Below, piece by piece: positions 9,548 through 20,320 of a DNA stretch of 64,000 nucleotides. The stretch comes from Thermodesulfobacteriota bacterium (GTDB taxonomy: Bacteria; Desulfobacterota_D; UBA1144), in assembly GCA_029246845.1 (NCBI GenBank), contig JAQWMJ010000006.1, positions 1-64,000 on the forward strand. The letters run 5' to 3'. Position 1 is the stretch's first letter, and the number at the start of each line of letters is the position of its first letter. The notes beneath the pieces were generated by a model. It was given only the letters and a program-made list of their open reading frames with translations. It did no database searches and was not told the DNA's origin. The position numbers were made by a program, and so were the translations under genes.

Positions 9548-10144
9548 TTATTCTTCAAGTTCAACGTTCCAATATGAGGTTTCAACGGAACTTAAAAAAG
9601 GTTTCCATTCATCGAATTTAATTGTCTGCAAATAAAGATTTGAAAGCAGCTCCCATGAAGGTTTATTTGGTTTAACAGCAAGCTTCATATTGGTAGAACT
9701 CAGAATATTGCTACCCTTCTTCCTGTTGCAGGTAATACAGCAACAAACAACATTTTCCCATATAGTTTTTCCTCCTAAGGATTTGGGATGAACATGATCA
9801 ATAGTAAGCTGATTTTTTGGAAAAGGCTTTCTACAATACTGGCACTCCGACCTATCTCTTCTAAATATATTGTAGCGGTTAAATTTAACTTCTTTATTTG
9901 GAACCTTATCGTATCTTAAGACTATTATAACCCTAGGTATCTTTATTATTTTTGAAACTGTCCTAATTGATTCCGACTTCTTTAATATAGATATTTCACT
10001 CCATGAATCAAAGTCAAATGTTTCATAATCTATATCTACAGCCTTTGCCGCACCTATGTATAGCATCAAAAAAGCTCTTTTGACACTCGTTGTATCAACC
10101 GGAAAAAAGAACTTATTTAGGACAAGGACTGGTGAATTAAGCAT
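9548..10144 (-). CDS. HNH endonuclease (McrA-like, VLVLN family)
   Basis: PVLVLN, RDRSECQYC, TIDHVHPKSLGG, WENVVCCCITCN. Confidence 0.88.
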   Translation of the reverse strand: MLNSPVLVLNKFFFPVDTTSVKRAFLMLYIGAAKAVDIDYETFDFDSWSEISILKKSESIRTVSKIIKIPRVIIVLRYDKVPNKEVKFNRYNIFRRDRSECQYCRKPFPKNQLTIDHVHPKSLGGKTIWENVVCCCITCNRKKGSNILSSTNMKLAVKPNKPSWELLSNLYLQTIKFDEWKPFLSSVETSYWNVELEE

Positions 10145-10211
10145 TACTATAATTTACCTGAAAATATATAAATAAATTTACCTAATGTTAAGAAGTTAAT
10201 ATAATAGGTAT

Positions 10212-11672
10212 ATGAAATATTTATTCCTTATATTCCTTGCGATAACATTATTCGCTATTCCTTTCTTAAACTTTAACTTATTCTTCTTTTCATGGTTCTT
10301 TTTTGTACCAATATTATATTTAATTGAAAATAATAAAATACATCCAACTAAGCTAGGACTAGCTTTTGGGACAATATCAGTCTTAGTAGCAACATATTGG
10401 ATTTCTCCAACTCTATCAAGGCTAACAGGTGCTAGCTGGGGAGTCTCTGTTGCGAGCCACCTATTATATTGCTTATACGAATCTTCATTTTATATAATAG
10501 TCTTCTTGTTCACAAGCTTGTCTATTAAAAGAGCCAGTAACATCTGGCTAAAATACTTTTTCATAATATTTTTATATATTATATTTGAAGAGAACTTTCC
10601 TAGAATCTTTCCTTATAAAATAGGTAATACTCAAATACTTTTCCCACAAATATCCCAATTAATTTCAATTCTAGGCGTCAACATAGTCTCAGCTTTAGTT
10701 TTGATGATAAATATTACTGTGTATGAGTTACTAATAAAGAAGAATAATAAAGCAACTTATCCAATATTAACGATTTTCTTTTTCATATTAATAGTGGGTT
10801 CTTGGATTGAGAAAAATACGAATAAGTACCAAATGGATGGGGCTAATATTAGAGTTGCAATTGTTCAACCTGTAAGTTCATTAAAGAAATTGATTAATAT
10901 TCAGAGTAGTATTAATAAAGCCTCAAAGAGACCAGATTTAACAATATGGCCTGAAAGCTCGCTTGATAAAGTAATAATAAAAAACAAAAAAGATTATATA
11001 AACTTTCAAGAAAAGTTTAGCAGAAAATTTAAAGTTAATAGCAAGGCACTTTTGCTGGGTTCAATTACGCAAACTAAGCAAGGATATTACAACTCGGCTC
11101 TTTTGATTAATAGCGAATTGGAAATCATAGATATCTATTCAAAAAACAAATTGATGATTTTTGGGGAATATTACCCTTTAAGGGATTTAATTTCGGAAAT
11201 AATTCCTATTTATGATTCATTTGTTTCTCTAAAAAAAGGCATAGTAAAGCCGTTAATCCTTCAGAGCAAAACCAATATAGGTGTAATTATATGTTACGAA
11301 GATCTCTTTGAAAAAAATTCAATAGAACTTACGCAGCTAGGCTCCGAAATTTTGATAAATTTAACAAACGATAGATGGTATGGAAATAGTCTGGCTCCAT
11401 ATCAGCACTTAATGCTATCTATTCCTAGGTCGATTGAGAATAAAAGATTTTTGATAAGATCTACATATAATGGCTTAAGTGCAATTGTGTCACCTACAGG
11501 AAAAATACTAAATAAAATCAAAATAAATAAAAGTGGGTACTTAATTAGAGAAGTTATGCTAAGGAAAGACAAAAGTTTTTATACAGCGAACTATACCAAT
11601 ATTAGAATAATTTACTATCTAATATTTATTTGGCTAGCTGCACTATTTATTAAAGAAATTAGAAAGAAGTAG
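10212..11672 (+). CDS. lnt: Apolipoprotein N-acyltransferase
   Basis: Multi-TM N-terminus; WPES, K..L.IFGEY, ICYED, NLTNDRW. Confidence 0.92.
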   Translation: MKYLFLIFLAITLFAIPFLNFNLFFFSWFFFVPILYLIENNKIHPTKLGLAFGTISVLVATYWISPTLSRLTGASWGVSVASHLLYCLYESSFYIIVFLFTSLSIKRASNIWLKYFFIIFLYIIFEENFPRIFPYKIGNTQILFPQISQLISILGVNIVSALVLMINITVYELLIKKNNKATYPILTIFFFILIVGSWIEKNTNKYQMDGANIRVAIVQPVSSLKKLINIQSSINKASKRPDLTIWPESSLDKVIIKNKKDYINFQEKFSRKFKVNSKALLLGSITQTKQGYYNSALLINSELEIIDIYSKNKLMIFGEYYPLRDLISEIIPIYDSFVSLKKGIVKPLILQSKTNIGVIICYEDLFEKNSIELTQLGSEILINLTNDRWYGNSLAPYQHLMLSIPRSIENKRFLIRSTYNGLSAIVSPTGKILNKIKINKSGYLIREVMLRKDKSFYTANYTNIRIIYYLIFIWLAALFIKEIRKK

Positions 11673-12719
11673 CATAAGCCTATTGTTCTCTTTTGGTAAG
11701 CCAACAGTAATTCTTAAACAATTATTCAGCTTTTTATTATTAAGAAAGTTCTTTACAATCAAATCATTAGATTTTAGAAAACTAAAAAGTGCGTCAGAAT
11801 TCTTTAATCTAATAAGAATAAAATTGGAGTCTGAACTATATACCTTAATATCCGGGATTTTATTCAGAAAAGCTTCGACCTTCATTCTTTGAGTTTTAAT
11901 AATACCAATCTGTTTTTCTATAATAGATGGGTCTTTAAAGAATTTGGTCGCTATTAACTGCGAAAAAGATGAAACATTGTATGGGAGCCTTAATTTATCA
12001 ACACTATCTATAAGACTTTTTTCTCCTAATAAAAAACCCAACCTTAAAGAAGCAAAACCAACTTTAGACATAGTTTTCATAATCAACATATTCTTATAAC
12101 TTTTCAAAGATTTAATAAAAGAAAAGTCCGAATAGTCTGAATATGCTTCGTCAATAACAACAATTCCTTTTGAAAAATTAACAATTTTAATTATGTCCTC
12201 TCGTTTAAAAGAATTCCCTGAGGGGTTATTTGGACTTGCTATGAAAACAATATCAGGATCATGTAGCGTTATTTTCTTTAAAACTTTTTCAACATCTAGC
12301 TTAAATTCAGAATTTAAAGGAACACTTACTCCCTTTAATCCCAGGCCTTTGGTCAAAATTTTATACATCGAAAAACTTGGGTCTAGATAAAGAACTTTAG
12401 ATGATTTTCCTGTTAAAGTAAGAAGGATATAAAGGATTAGTTCATCAGAACCATTCCCAATCAAAACCTGACCTTTTTTTAGACCATAAAATTTTAAAAT
12501 ACTATTTTTAAGCTCGTCTTGCGTAGAATCAGGATACCTATTAATATCTTTTATTTTCATACTCTTTAAAAACTTTTTTTCTAGAGCGCTAGAGTTAAAT
12601 ATATTTTCAAAGTTAAAAGGTGACTCGTTAGCATTCAATCTATAGGCAAAATTGGTTTTGTCAGCAGAGTACGAATCAAAATCCTTTAGAGATTTCTTCA
12701 GTCTAATTTTATTAGTCAT
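11643..12719 (-). CDS. hisC: Histidinol-phosphate aminotransferase
   Basis: LNANESP, GNGSDE, SPNNPSG, DEAY, KTMSK; adjacent to hisD. Confidence 0.92.
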   Translation of the reverse strand: MTNKIRLKKSLKDFDSYSADKTNFAYRLNANESPFNFENIFNSSALEKKFLKSMKIKDINRYPDSTQDELKNSILKFYGLKKGQVLIGNGSDELILYILLTLTGKSSKVLYLDPSFSMYKILTKGLGLKGVSVPLNSEFKLDVEKVLKKITLHDPDIVFIASPNNPSGNSFKREDIIKIVNFSKGIVVIDEAYSDYSDFSFIKSLKSYKNMLIMKTMSKVGFASLRLGFLLGEKSLIDSVDKLRLPYNVSSFSQLIATKFFKDPSIIEKQIGIIKTQRMKVEAFLNKIPDIKVYSSDSNFILIRLKNSDALFSFLKSNDLIVKNFLNNKKLNNCLRITVGLPKENNRLMLLLSNFFNK

Positions 12720-14017
12720 TTTTTTTTACCCTTTTCAAGCCTCAAGGCTATAGAATTAGCATGGCCATCAAGTCCCTCTTCTTTGGCTAACAAGATTACA
12801 TCCTGCCCTAAAGACTTTGCTCCAAGCTTCGAGATTTTTGTATAACTTGAATATTTGACAAAATCCAGTGCGCTCAATGGTGAGGAAAAGGTTGCACTGC
12901 CTGCAGTAGGTAGAACATGACTTGGACCTGCTATATAATCACCAAATGCTTCTCCAGAATTCTCACCAACGAAAATAGAACCTGCATTAAGAATTTTATT
13001 TTCGACTTGGGAAGATTGCTTTACGAAAATTTCAAGGTGCTCAGGTGCAAAAACATTAGAGAAATTAATACAATCGTCTAGATTTTTCAAAACAAAAATC
13101 GTACCGTTTTGTTTAATTGAGGCATTTATTATATCTCTTCTTTTTAATAACGATGATTGCTTTTTAATTTGAGTTGAGATTAATTTAGCCAATTTCACGG
13201 ACGTTGTTAAGCAAATAGCTGATGCTTGGACATCGTGTTCAGCTTGAGCAATTAAATCCGCCGCAACATATTCAGGATTAGCATTTGTATCTGCAATAAT
13301 TAAAACCTCGCTGGGTCCCGCTATCATATCTATGTCGACCTTACCAAATACTTGCTTTTTGGCAGTAGCAACAAAGATATTTCCAGGTCCTACAATTTTA
13401 TCAACTGATTTAACACTACCCGTTCCATAAGCTAAAGCAGCTATAGCCTGAGCGCCCCCTACTTGTAAAACTTCTTTGATTCCAAGCTGATCAGCCGTAA
13501 AAAGAATAGCGGGATTTATACCTTGTGTTCCGGGTGGAGTTGAAACAACTAACTCCTTTGATCCCGCAACTTTAGCAAGAGTAGCTGTCATTATTAAACT
13601 GGAAGGATAAGATGCAGTTCCCCCTGGGACATATATTCCAATTCTATTAATTGGATTAACGTTCCAACCAAGTATGTTACCGAATTCATCTTTATATCTG
13701 TGGGATTTAGGTAATTTCTTTTTTTGATAATTTTTAACTCGTTTAATAGATTTTTTAATAGATGACTTAATATCAGAAGACAGAAGCATAGATGAATTAT
13801 TAATTTGAGTTTGATCAATTCTTATATTTTTTTTAGTAAGTTCAAAATTATCAAACTTTCTAGACAGCTCAAAAAGGGACTTGTCCCCCCTAAGACGAAC
13901 TTCACGTAATATAGTGTCGACTTTCTTTTCTATAACATTTAAGTCTTTTTCTTGTCTTCTTCTAATCTTATTAATTTGAATTTTAATATCTGAAGACTTA
14001 AGTTTAATAATTTTCAT
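12716..14017 (-). CDS. hisD: Histidinol dehydrogenase
   Basis: [26 protein letters not shown]. Confidence 0.97.
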   Translation of the reverse strand: MKIIKLKSSDIKIQINKIRRRQEKDLNVIEKKVDTILREVRLRGDKSLFELSRKFDNFELTKKNIRIDQTQINNSSMLLSSDIKSSIKKSIKRVKNYQKKKLPKSHRYKDEFGNILGWNVNPINRIGIYVPGGTASYPSSLIMTATLAKVAGSKELVVSTPPGTQGINPAILFTADQLGIKEVLQVGGAQAIAALAYGTGSVKSVDKIVGPGNIFVATAKKQVFGKVDIDMIAGPSEVLIIADTNANPEYVAADLIAQAEHDVQASAICLTTSVKLAKLISTQIKKQSSLLKRRDIINASIKQNGTIFVLKNLDDCINFSNVFAPEHLEIFVKQSSQVENKILNAGSIFVGENSGEAFGDYIAGPSHVLPTAGSATFSSPLSALDFVKYSSYTKISKLGAKSLGQDVILLAKEEGLDGHANSIALRLEKGKKK

Positions 14018-14060
14018 ACTTTAAACTATACAATAAATTTTTTAAATTATGATAAAAATA

Positions 14061-14927
14061 CTAGTTAATAAAAATTATATCCACAGAAATAAAGATATTA
14101 ATTAACAGCATGTAGAGAATTGAAAACAAAAAAACTCTCTTGTAATGTTTCTTCTCTTTGAATGAAAGGAATACTAGATATAAGAAAGACAGGCCCAAGA
14201 CAATTGCCATTATCGCATAAAAGTTTGAACAAATTCCAACAATCCAGAAATATAAAGATATTGGCAATAAAGCCAAACTGTATATCAATATCAGGTAATT
14301 GGTAAACTCTTGCCCATAAACTATTGGCATAGTTGGGAAACCACCCTTTTCATAGTCATCCAAAAAGTGTTGGGCCAAAGCCCAAAAATGAGGAGGCTGC
14401 CAAACCATCATAAATAGAAATAAAACTATTATATCTAGGTATCCGATTGATAATTCTGGTTGAATTGAGGAGTATCCGATAATAACTGGTAGAGCGCCTG
14501 GAATTCCCCCTAAAACAGTACCAAAAGGGGAAGACCTCTTTAAAAAGAGCGTATAGTAAACAGTATATGAAAGTATAGCTAGGAGGATTAAAGAACAATT
14601 TAAAAGATTAATATAAATTGCAGAAAGTGCCAGTGAAATAGTTATCAAAAAAGCAGCTAACATAGATAAATTTTTAATTCCTACCAACTTTAATGCTTTT
14701 ACCCGATCTTCCAGTCTTTCCATTAGCTCATCATTTTCACGTTCAATTAGATTGTTAACCATTGCGGATCCCGCAGCTGAAAAAATCAAACATAAGAGTG
14801 ATAATAGAGTAATCTGAAGTGAAGGTACTCCAGAATGGGCTATAACAATTCCTGTAAATCCAGTTAGACCTACACTTAATATTATATTTGGCTTTGATAG
14901 AGATATTACTGCCTTTAAGTACTTCAT
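14061..14927 (-). CDS. ctaB: Protoheme IX farnesyltransferase (heme o synthase)
   Basis: UbiA family; YTLFLKR, GGIPGALP, WQPPHF; TGATG overlap with ctaA. Confidence 0.92.
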   Translation of the reverse strand: MKYLKAVISLSKPNIILSVGLTGFTGIVIAHSGVPSLQITLLSLLCLIFSAAGSAMVNNLIERENDELMERLEDRVKALKLVGIKNLSMLAAFLITISLALSAIYINLLNCSLILLAILSYTVYYTLFLKRSSPFGTVLGGIPGALPVIIGYSSIQPELSIGYLDIIVLFLFMMVWQPPHFWALAQHFLDDYEKGGFPTMPIVYGQEFTNYLILIYSLALLPISLYFWIVGICSNFYAIMAIVLGLSFLYLVFLSFKEKKHYKRVFLFSILYMLLINIFISVDIIFIN

Positions 14928-15784
14928 CAATTAACTTCTTTCTTTATAAACAATAGATTAAGGATAACTCCAACGATTAGAAGGGCAATTAAAAGATGGA
15001 TTGCTGTCATGGAAAAAGCTAATTTTGAAACTACTACAAACACTCCTACCACAACTTGGATAAGAACTAGAAAAGCGAGTCGCTTAAGATTTAATAAAAT
15101 CTCTAGATCTGCTTTTATGTAATAAGCTTTAAAAAATAACCAAAAAGAAATTACTAAAATAACAACTCCACTGATTCTGTGGAATAAATGAACAAATACT
15201 GTTTTGCTTAAATAAGGTGGCAACCAATAACCCAAGCATCTTGGAAAATCAGGGCATGCCAATCCTGCATTCGAATGTCTCACGTAGGCACCAAGTACTA
15301 GTTGCCAATAAACAAACAAGAAAAGAATTAGATATGGAAGATTCTTTTTATTAAAAATATTGATTAATTTTAGTTGATCACTGTCGGTATATGAACACAT
15401 AATATAGATTAGAATGAAAATTATTATTGCATTTGCAAAGTGGAAGGTCGTAATATTTGTTTCAAGTTGCAGTATAACTACTAGTGCTCCCGCAATAATT
15501 TGAACAGCAAGCAAGATAGAACAAAGGATGGGTATCAACTTATATCCTCCCTTATAAAATTTTAATCTTTTTCTCGCAAGCAAAGCAAAGAATATTGTTA
15601 CAAATAGTCCAAGAACTCTATGCCCATGCTCCATAAAAATTGGGAAATTAATTTCTGGAAAAAAGCTACCAAAACATAAAGGCCAATCTGGACAGGCTAG
15701 ACCAGCGCCCAAACCACTTACCATATTCCCCCATAGAAGTAGAAGAACAAGGGAGTATAAAGTTAACTTTTCAATTCTGCCCAT
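14927..15784 (-). CDS. ctaA: Heme A synthase (COX15/CtaA)
   Basis: GLACPDWPLC, EHGHR, second GLACPDFPRC. Confidence 0.92.
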   Translation of the reverse strand: MGRIEKLTLYSLVLLLLWGNMVSGLGAGLACPDWPLCFGSFFPEINFPIFMEHGHRVLGLFVTIFFALLARKRLKFYKGGYKLIPILCSILLAVQIIAGALVVILQLETNITTFHFANAIIIFILIYIMCSYTDSDQLKLINIFNKKNLPYLILFLFVYWQLVLGAYVRHSNAGLACPDFPRCLGYWLPPYLSKTVFVHLFHRISGVVILVISFWLFFKAYYIKADLEILLNLKRLAFLVLIQVVVGVFVVVSKLAFSMTAIHLLIALLIVGVILNLLFIKKEVN

Positions 15785-15788
15785 AATA

Positions 15789-16070
15789 TTAATTAATTAC
15801 GCGTGAGAACAAGTCAGTAACGGTAAAAGAAATTAAAAGGAATAATAAGAAAATCGGGTAAGTTGCATAAACCCAAGTCAATCCATCTTCATGCTTTAAA
15901 TGCATGAAGTGATATGCAACCACTCCTGCTTTTATTGATGCGATAAAGATTGCAATTGGAACATTTAAAGCTCCAAAATCAAATTGCGCGGCTCCAACGG
16001 TTATTACAGTTAAAAATATCAAAAAAAGCCAAATATTTATAAGCGACTTATAGGAACCATGATTATCCAT
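15789..16070 (-). CDS. Cytochrome c oxidase subunit IV (caa3 type)
   Basis: IKAGVVAYHFMHLK, three TM helices, operon position. Confidence 0.88.
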   Translation of the reverse strand: MDNHGSYKSLINIWLFLIFLTVITVGAAQFDFGALNVPIAIFIASIKAGVVAYHFMHLKHEDGLTWVYATYPIFLLFLLISFTVTDLFSRVIN

Positions 16071-16079
16071 AAAAACTCC

Positions 16080-16742
16080 TCAACCTACTAGGTACAATAA
16101 AGGAAAAAGGTAAATCCATATTAAATCCACCAAATGCCAATATAATCCTCCGATTTCTATTGCTGTATAATTCTCTTTATTGTATTTACCCTTATAAACT
16201 TTACTTAAGAGGATGCCAAGCACAGCCATGCCAATAAAAACATGTAACATGTGAACACCTGTTGCTGCAAAATAGATTGAATAAAAAATATCAGTTCCAG
16301 GGAAAATTCCCTTACCAAACTTGTACGTATATTCAAAATATTTGTTTACAGCAAAAATTGCAGCACATATAATTGTCACCCACAGCATTACTTTTACTAA
16401 TTTAATTCTATTTTCTTGTATCGCTTTAACGGCAATAGCAACAGTTAAGCTACTAAAAATCAAAATGACAGTATTTACAGTCCCTAGAACTACATCTAAG
16501 CTCTTCGATCCCTCCATAAACATTTCAGGATATTTGGCACGATAAATAGCGTAAGCTGCGAAAAGTCCGCCAAAAAGTAAAAGTTCAGTAGCAAGAAAAA
16601 GCCACATTCCCAATTTGGCGCTTTCGTGCTCTGTTACAGGGTCAAAATGATGATGTCCGTCGTCTTCTTCTATAGAAGGTACCATTTCAGATGGATAAGC
16701 AATTGACTTGATTATTTTGCCAGTAATTGCAAAAATTCCCAT
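16080..16742 (-). CDS. ctaE: Cytochrome c oxidase subunit III
   Basis: GMWLFLATE, TGVHMLHV, GLYWHLVDLIW. Confidence 0.92.
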   Translation of the reverse strand: MGIFAITGKIIKSIAYPSEMVPSIEEDDGHHHFDPVTEHESAKLGMWLFLATELLLFGGLFAAYAIYRAKYPEMFMEGSKSLDVVLGTVNTVILIFSSLTVAIAVKAIQENRIKLVKVMLWVTIICAAIFAVNKYFEYTYKFGKGIFPGTDIFYSIYFAATGVHMLHVFIGMAVLGILLSKVYKGKYNKENYTAIEIGGLYWHLVDLIWIYLFPLLYLVG

Positions 16743-16743
16743 A

Positions 16744-18339
16744 TTAAGACTCCTCCTCTATCTTGGTGCCATAATTATAAACAGGTTCGGTGATAGTAGG
16801 AATCTTATCAAAATTAAAAGTTCCAGGAGGTGAATCCATGCTCCACTCTAAAGATAAAGATTTGTAAGGATTTCCCGGTGCCTTTCCAGGCAAGGGTCTC
16901 ATTAAAGTCCAAAGCATTAGAATAAAACCGACTGCTCCTATCCAAGTTCCATAAGTAGACAGTTGATGAAGAGACTGAAATTCTGGGGCGTAATTAAAAT
17001 ACCTTCTTGGCATACCAAGTGTTCCCATAATAAATTGTGGAAAAAAGATAACATTAAATCCAATGAAGATAAAAACGAAAGCTATCTTAGCTTTAAATTC
17101 GTCAAACATACGTCCCCACATTTTAGGGTACCAAAAATGGAGAGCAGCAAAGAAACCAAAAACAGTCCCGCCGATCATAACATAATGCATATGTGCAACA
17201 ACAAAATATGTATCATGCAAATGAACGTCTGCGGCTAGTGCGCCTAAGAAAAGACCTGTAAGTCCTCCAATTGTAAAAAGAAAAATAAAAGCCAACGAAT
17301 ACAACATTGCTGTGCTCAGTTCAATTGACCCCTTATAAAGAGTCCAAAGCCAATTAAATACTTTAATAGCAGTTGGGACTGCAACTGCATATGTTATGAC
17401 TGAGAAAATTATATTAATTAATTTTGATTGACCACTAACAAACATATGATGGCCCCATACAAGAAAACTAATAAGAGCGATTGCCAAACTTGCATATGCA
17501 ATTGCCTTATAACCAAAAATTGGCTTTCTTGCAAATACTGGCATGATTTCCGAGATAATTCCCATAGCAGGCAGAATCATAATGTAGACCGCTGGGTGAG
17601 AATAGAACCAGAAGAAATGTTGAAACATGACTGGGTCCCCGCCTCTGGCAGGATCAAAAAAGCCCAAACCAAAATATCTTTCACCAATTAGTAATAATAA
17701 TGTGATTCCAACCACCGGTGTTGCTAAAACTTGAAGTAATGATGTTGCATAAGCGGCCCAACAAAAAAGAGGAAGCCTGTCCCAAGTCATACCTGGGGCT
17801 CTTAATTTATGCATAGTAACAATAAAATTTATTCCTGTTAAAATTGAAGAAAATCCTAAAACAAAAATACCAAAAGTAATTAAAATCACATTTGCGCCTG
17901 TCTCTATTGAATAAGGAGTATAAAAAGTCCAACCTGTATCAGCTGGAGCAGCCAAGGCTATCATAAAAATTAGTGCGCCTGCTAAATAAAGCCAAAAACT
18001 ATATAAATTTAACTTTGGAAAGATTACATCTTTTGCTCCAATCATAAGAGGGATTAAGAAGTTTCCAAAGCTAGCAGCAACTCCTGGAACAATAAATAGA
18101 AAAACCATCATTGACCCATGAAGAGTGAATAAAACATTATAAGTATCAGCACTGACAATTGTTTGCCCTGGCGTTAAATGCTCTGCCCTAAGCAAGAAGG
18201 ATGCAATAGCAGCAATGATGAAGAAAACACCAATTGCCCACAAATACATTACGCCTATTCTTTTATGGTCAACAGTGAAAAACCACGAACGGAATCCTTC
18301 ACCGTTATCTAAATAATTTTTTTCATGCTCTTCTGACAT
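16744..18339 (-). CDS. ctaD: Cytochrome c oxidase subunit I, type A2
   Basis: [16 protein letters not shown] (A2 YS motif), WGHH, VVAHMHY, GMPRRY. Confidence 0.97.
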   Translation of the reverse strand: MSEEHEKNYLDNGEGFRSWFFTVDHKRIGVMYLWAIGVFFIIAAIASFLLRAEHLTPGQTIVSADTYNVLFTLHGSMMVFLFIVPGVAASFGNFLIPLMIGAKDVIFPKLNLYSFWLYLAGALIFMIALAAPADTGWTFYTPYSIETGANVILITFGIFVLGFSSILTGINFIVTMHKLRAPGMTWDRLPLFCWAAYATSLLQVLATPVVGITLLLLIGERYFGLGFFDPARGGDPVMFQHFFWFYSHPAVYIMILPAMGIISEIMPVFARKPIFGYKAIAYASLAIALISFLVWGHHMFVSGQSKLINIIFSVITYAVAVPTAIKVFNWLWTLYKGSIELSTAMLYSLAFIFLFTIGGLTGLFLGALAADVHLHDTYFVVAHMHYVMIGGTVFGFFAALHFWYPKMWGRMFDEFKAKIAFVFIFIGFNVIFFPQFIMGTLGMPRRYFNYAPEFQSLHQLSTYGTWIGAVGFILMLWTLMRPLPGKAPGNPYKSLSLEWSMDSPPGTFNFDKIPTITEPVYNYGTKIEEES

Positions 18340-18357
18340 ACAACGTTCTCCTTTTAA

Positions 18358-19299
18358 TTATTTTAATGTCTTTATATATTCAATAATAGCTGTTATCTCT
18401 GTGTCATCTAACAAGCCCTTGTAAGAAGGCATTACTGGTCCATAACCTTCGACCATCTTTTCACCAGGGTACAGTATTGATTCTTTAATATAATTCTCAT
18501 CAGCTTTAGCTGAAGTTCCATCAGTGAACGCCCTGTTCTTTGCAAATAAACCTTTCCATGTAGGGCCTACTCCATTAGCTCCATCTATACTATGACAAGC
18601 AACACACCCCTTACTTGAGTATAATTGTTTGCCCAATTCAGCAGGTGGAATCTTTGCTGCTGAAGCCTTTTTAGCTTCATCCGCAGATCCGTCTTCCCAC
18701 AAGGCAAATTCTGCTTTAGATAAAACGTGAACTTTTCCCAACATATCTGAATGAGCTGTACCACAATATTCTGTGCAATACAGGTCATATACTCCTTCTT
18801 TCGTAGCAGTAAAGTTTATATAAGTATACCTATTTCCCATTAAATCTTGCTTCACTCTAAATGCAGGAACAAAGAAACTGTGAAGAACATCGTCTGACTG
18901 CATAACAAGCCTAATTGGCTGGTCAACGGGAACATAAAGTTCGTTTAATGTTTTTTTACCATTTGAATAGTCAAAGCTCCAAATCCACTGTTTGGCAGTA
19001 ACGTTGACCTCAACAGCATTTTTTGGTGTAGTTGTATATTGATCGTAATAAACATATCCATATATAAATATCACGATACATAAAATTGTAGGTATTACTG
19101 TCCATAAAGTTTCCAGGAAACTGTCATGGGTAATTGCTGGGGTCTGATCATTATCTGTTTTTCTTCTATATTTAATAACAAAATAAACTAAGAGAAATCC
19201 GATCAATACACAAGATATAACGGATATGATTGTTACTAACCATAATATAATATCAACTCCTGGAGCAAATGTCGAAGCTGATTCAGGTAACCATTTCAT
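18358..19299 (-). CDS. ctaC: Cytochrome c oxidase subunit II with C-terminal cytochrome c (caa3)
   Basis: CuA ligands DVLHSF and CTEYCGTAHSDM; heme c motif CVACH. Confidence 0.96.
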   Translation of the reverse strand: MKWLPESASTFAPGVDIILWLVTIISVISCVLIGFLLVYFVIKYRRKTDNDQTPAITHDSFLETLWTVIPTILCIVIFIYGYVYYDQYTTTPKNAVEVNVTAKQWIWSFDYSNGKKTLNELYVPVDQPIRLVMQSDDVLHSFFVPAFRVKQDLMGNRYTYINFTATKEGVYDLYCTEYCGTAHSDMLGKVHVLSKAEFALWEDGSADEAKKASAAKIPPAELGKQLYSSKGCVACHSIDGANGVGPTWKGLFAKNRAFTDGTSAKADENYIKESILYPGEKMVEGYGPVMPSYKGLLDDTEITAIIEYIKTLK

Positions 19300-20090
19300 T
19301 TAGTTTCTCCTTCATTATTTTTTTTAAACCACATAAAAAACATAAATATAGCTATGAATAGTAAAGTTATGCCACCACCAAGCTTTATAACGTTTAAAGC
19401 TCTCAAAGCAAATTTCTTACCCACCGGGTCAAAGCCATAACAATAGAGGAGAACTTTATCTGACAACGAAGACTTACCTATTACCCCATCAGATGCTTCA
19501 AGCAATGCTAGCTTGAAATCTTTAGAATCATAAAGCACCCCAGATAAGTATCTAGAAATCTTTCCCTCTTTTGTCAAAAATATTATACCTGCAGGATGAG
19601 CAAAATCATCCCCATCGGGTGCAAATTTAAATCCTACTGAACTTGTGACTGCCTCTATGTTTATACTATCAGCAGAATAAAAGCTCCACTGCTCATTTGA
19701 AGCAATGCTTTCCTTGTATTTTTGTTGTTTTAAGTTTGAAGACTCATAGTTATCCTTCTTGTCAAAACTTAGTGTTATTAAATTATAATCAAGACCAGGC
19801 CTAATTTTATCTGTGGAGTTAACTGCCTCTAGTACACCATTTAATAAAAAAGTACACATTTTTGGACAGGAGTAGTAAGCCAACACTAGTACCGTGGGTT
19901 TATTCTTATCTAGAAAATTCCCAAGCTTTTTTGTAACATTATTGCTGTCTGTGATGTTAGCGTTAGAATCAATATGGTCACCAAGCTTTTCTGTCCAGCC
20001 AACATCATTAATAATAACGGACTCGTCTGATACACCTAAGACAGACACACATGGCGCAAAAAATAATATAAAGATAAATAATTTTTTCAT
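19296..20090 (-). CDS. SCO family protein
   Basis: Signal peptide, YYSCPKMC (CxxxC), FAHPAG, C-terminal TM helix. Confidence 0.88.
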   Translation of the reverse strand: MKKLFIFILFFAPCVSVLGVSDESVIINDVGWTEKLGDHIDSNANITDSNNVTKKLGNFLDKNKPTVLVLAYYSCPKMCTFLLNGVLEAVNSTDKIRPGLDYNLITLSFDKKDNYESSNLKQQKYKESIASNEQWSFYSADSINIEAVTSSVGFKFAPDGDDFAHPAGIIFLTKEGKISRYLSGVLYDSKDFKLALLEASDGVIGKSSLSDKVLLYCYGFDPVGKKFALRALNVIKLGGGITLLFIAIFMFFMWFKKNNEGETK

Positions 20091-20113
20091 ATCTACTGCA
20101 AACGGGAATAAAT

Positions 20114-20141
20114 ATTATAAATTTATCTTAAACTCTGTCAA
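20114..20141 (-). promoter_or_regulatory. sigma70 promoter of the caa3 oxidase operon
   Basis: TTGACA-16 nt-TATAAT, consensus hexamers. Confidence 0.7.
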
Positions 20142-20183
20142 TCATGGCTATAACGTGTAGAATATTTCCGTTGGGTCTTCAGA

Positions 20184-20212
20184 TTGACAAAACAATTTTT
20201 ATTAAATAGGAT
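20184..20212 (+). promoter_or_regulatory. sigma70 promoter of tRNA(CAT) and downstream genes
   Basis: TTGACA-17 nt-TAGGAT. Confidence 0.65.
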
Positions 20213-20232
20213 AAGGCTTTTATTGCATCCTA

Positions 20233-20306
20233 GGGCCCATAGCTCAGTTGGTTAGAGCTCCCGGCTCATAACCGGGCGGTCACTGGTTCGAATCCAGTTG
20301 GGCCCA
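20233..20306 (+). tRNA. tRNA with CAT anticodon, probably tRNA-Ile2 (lysidine); CCA not encoded
   Basis: GGGCCCATAGCTCAGTTGGTTAGAGCTCCCGGCT-CAT-AACCGGG...TTCGAATCC..TGGGCCCA; paired G1-C72, so not initiator; resembles Ile2 sequences. Confidence 0.9.
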
Positions 20307-20320
20307 GGAAAGAGATTGAA

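Noticed and set aside
9548..10144. HNH nuclease as a mobile element or defence system
   Set aside because: Solitary member of a widespread family; no methylase, repeats, intron or integrase nearby.
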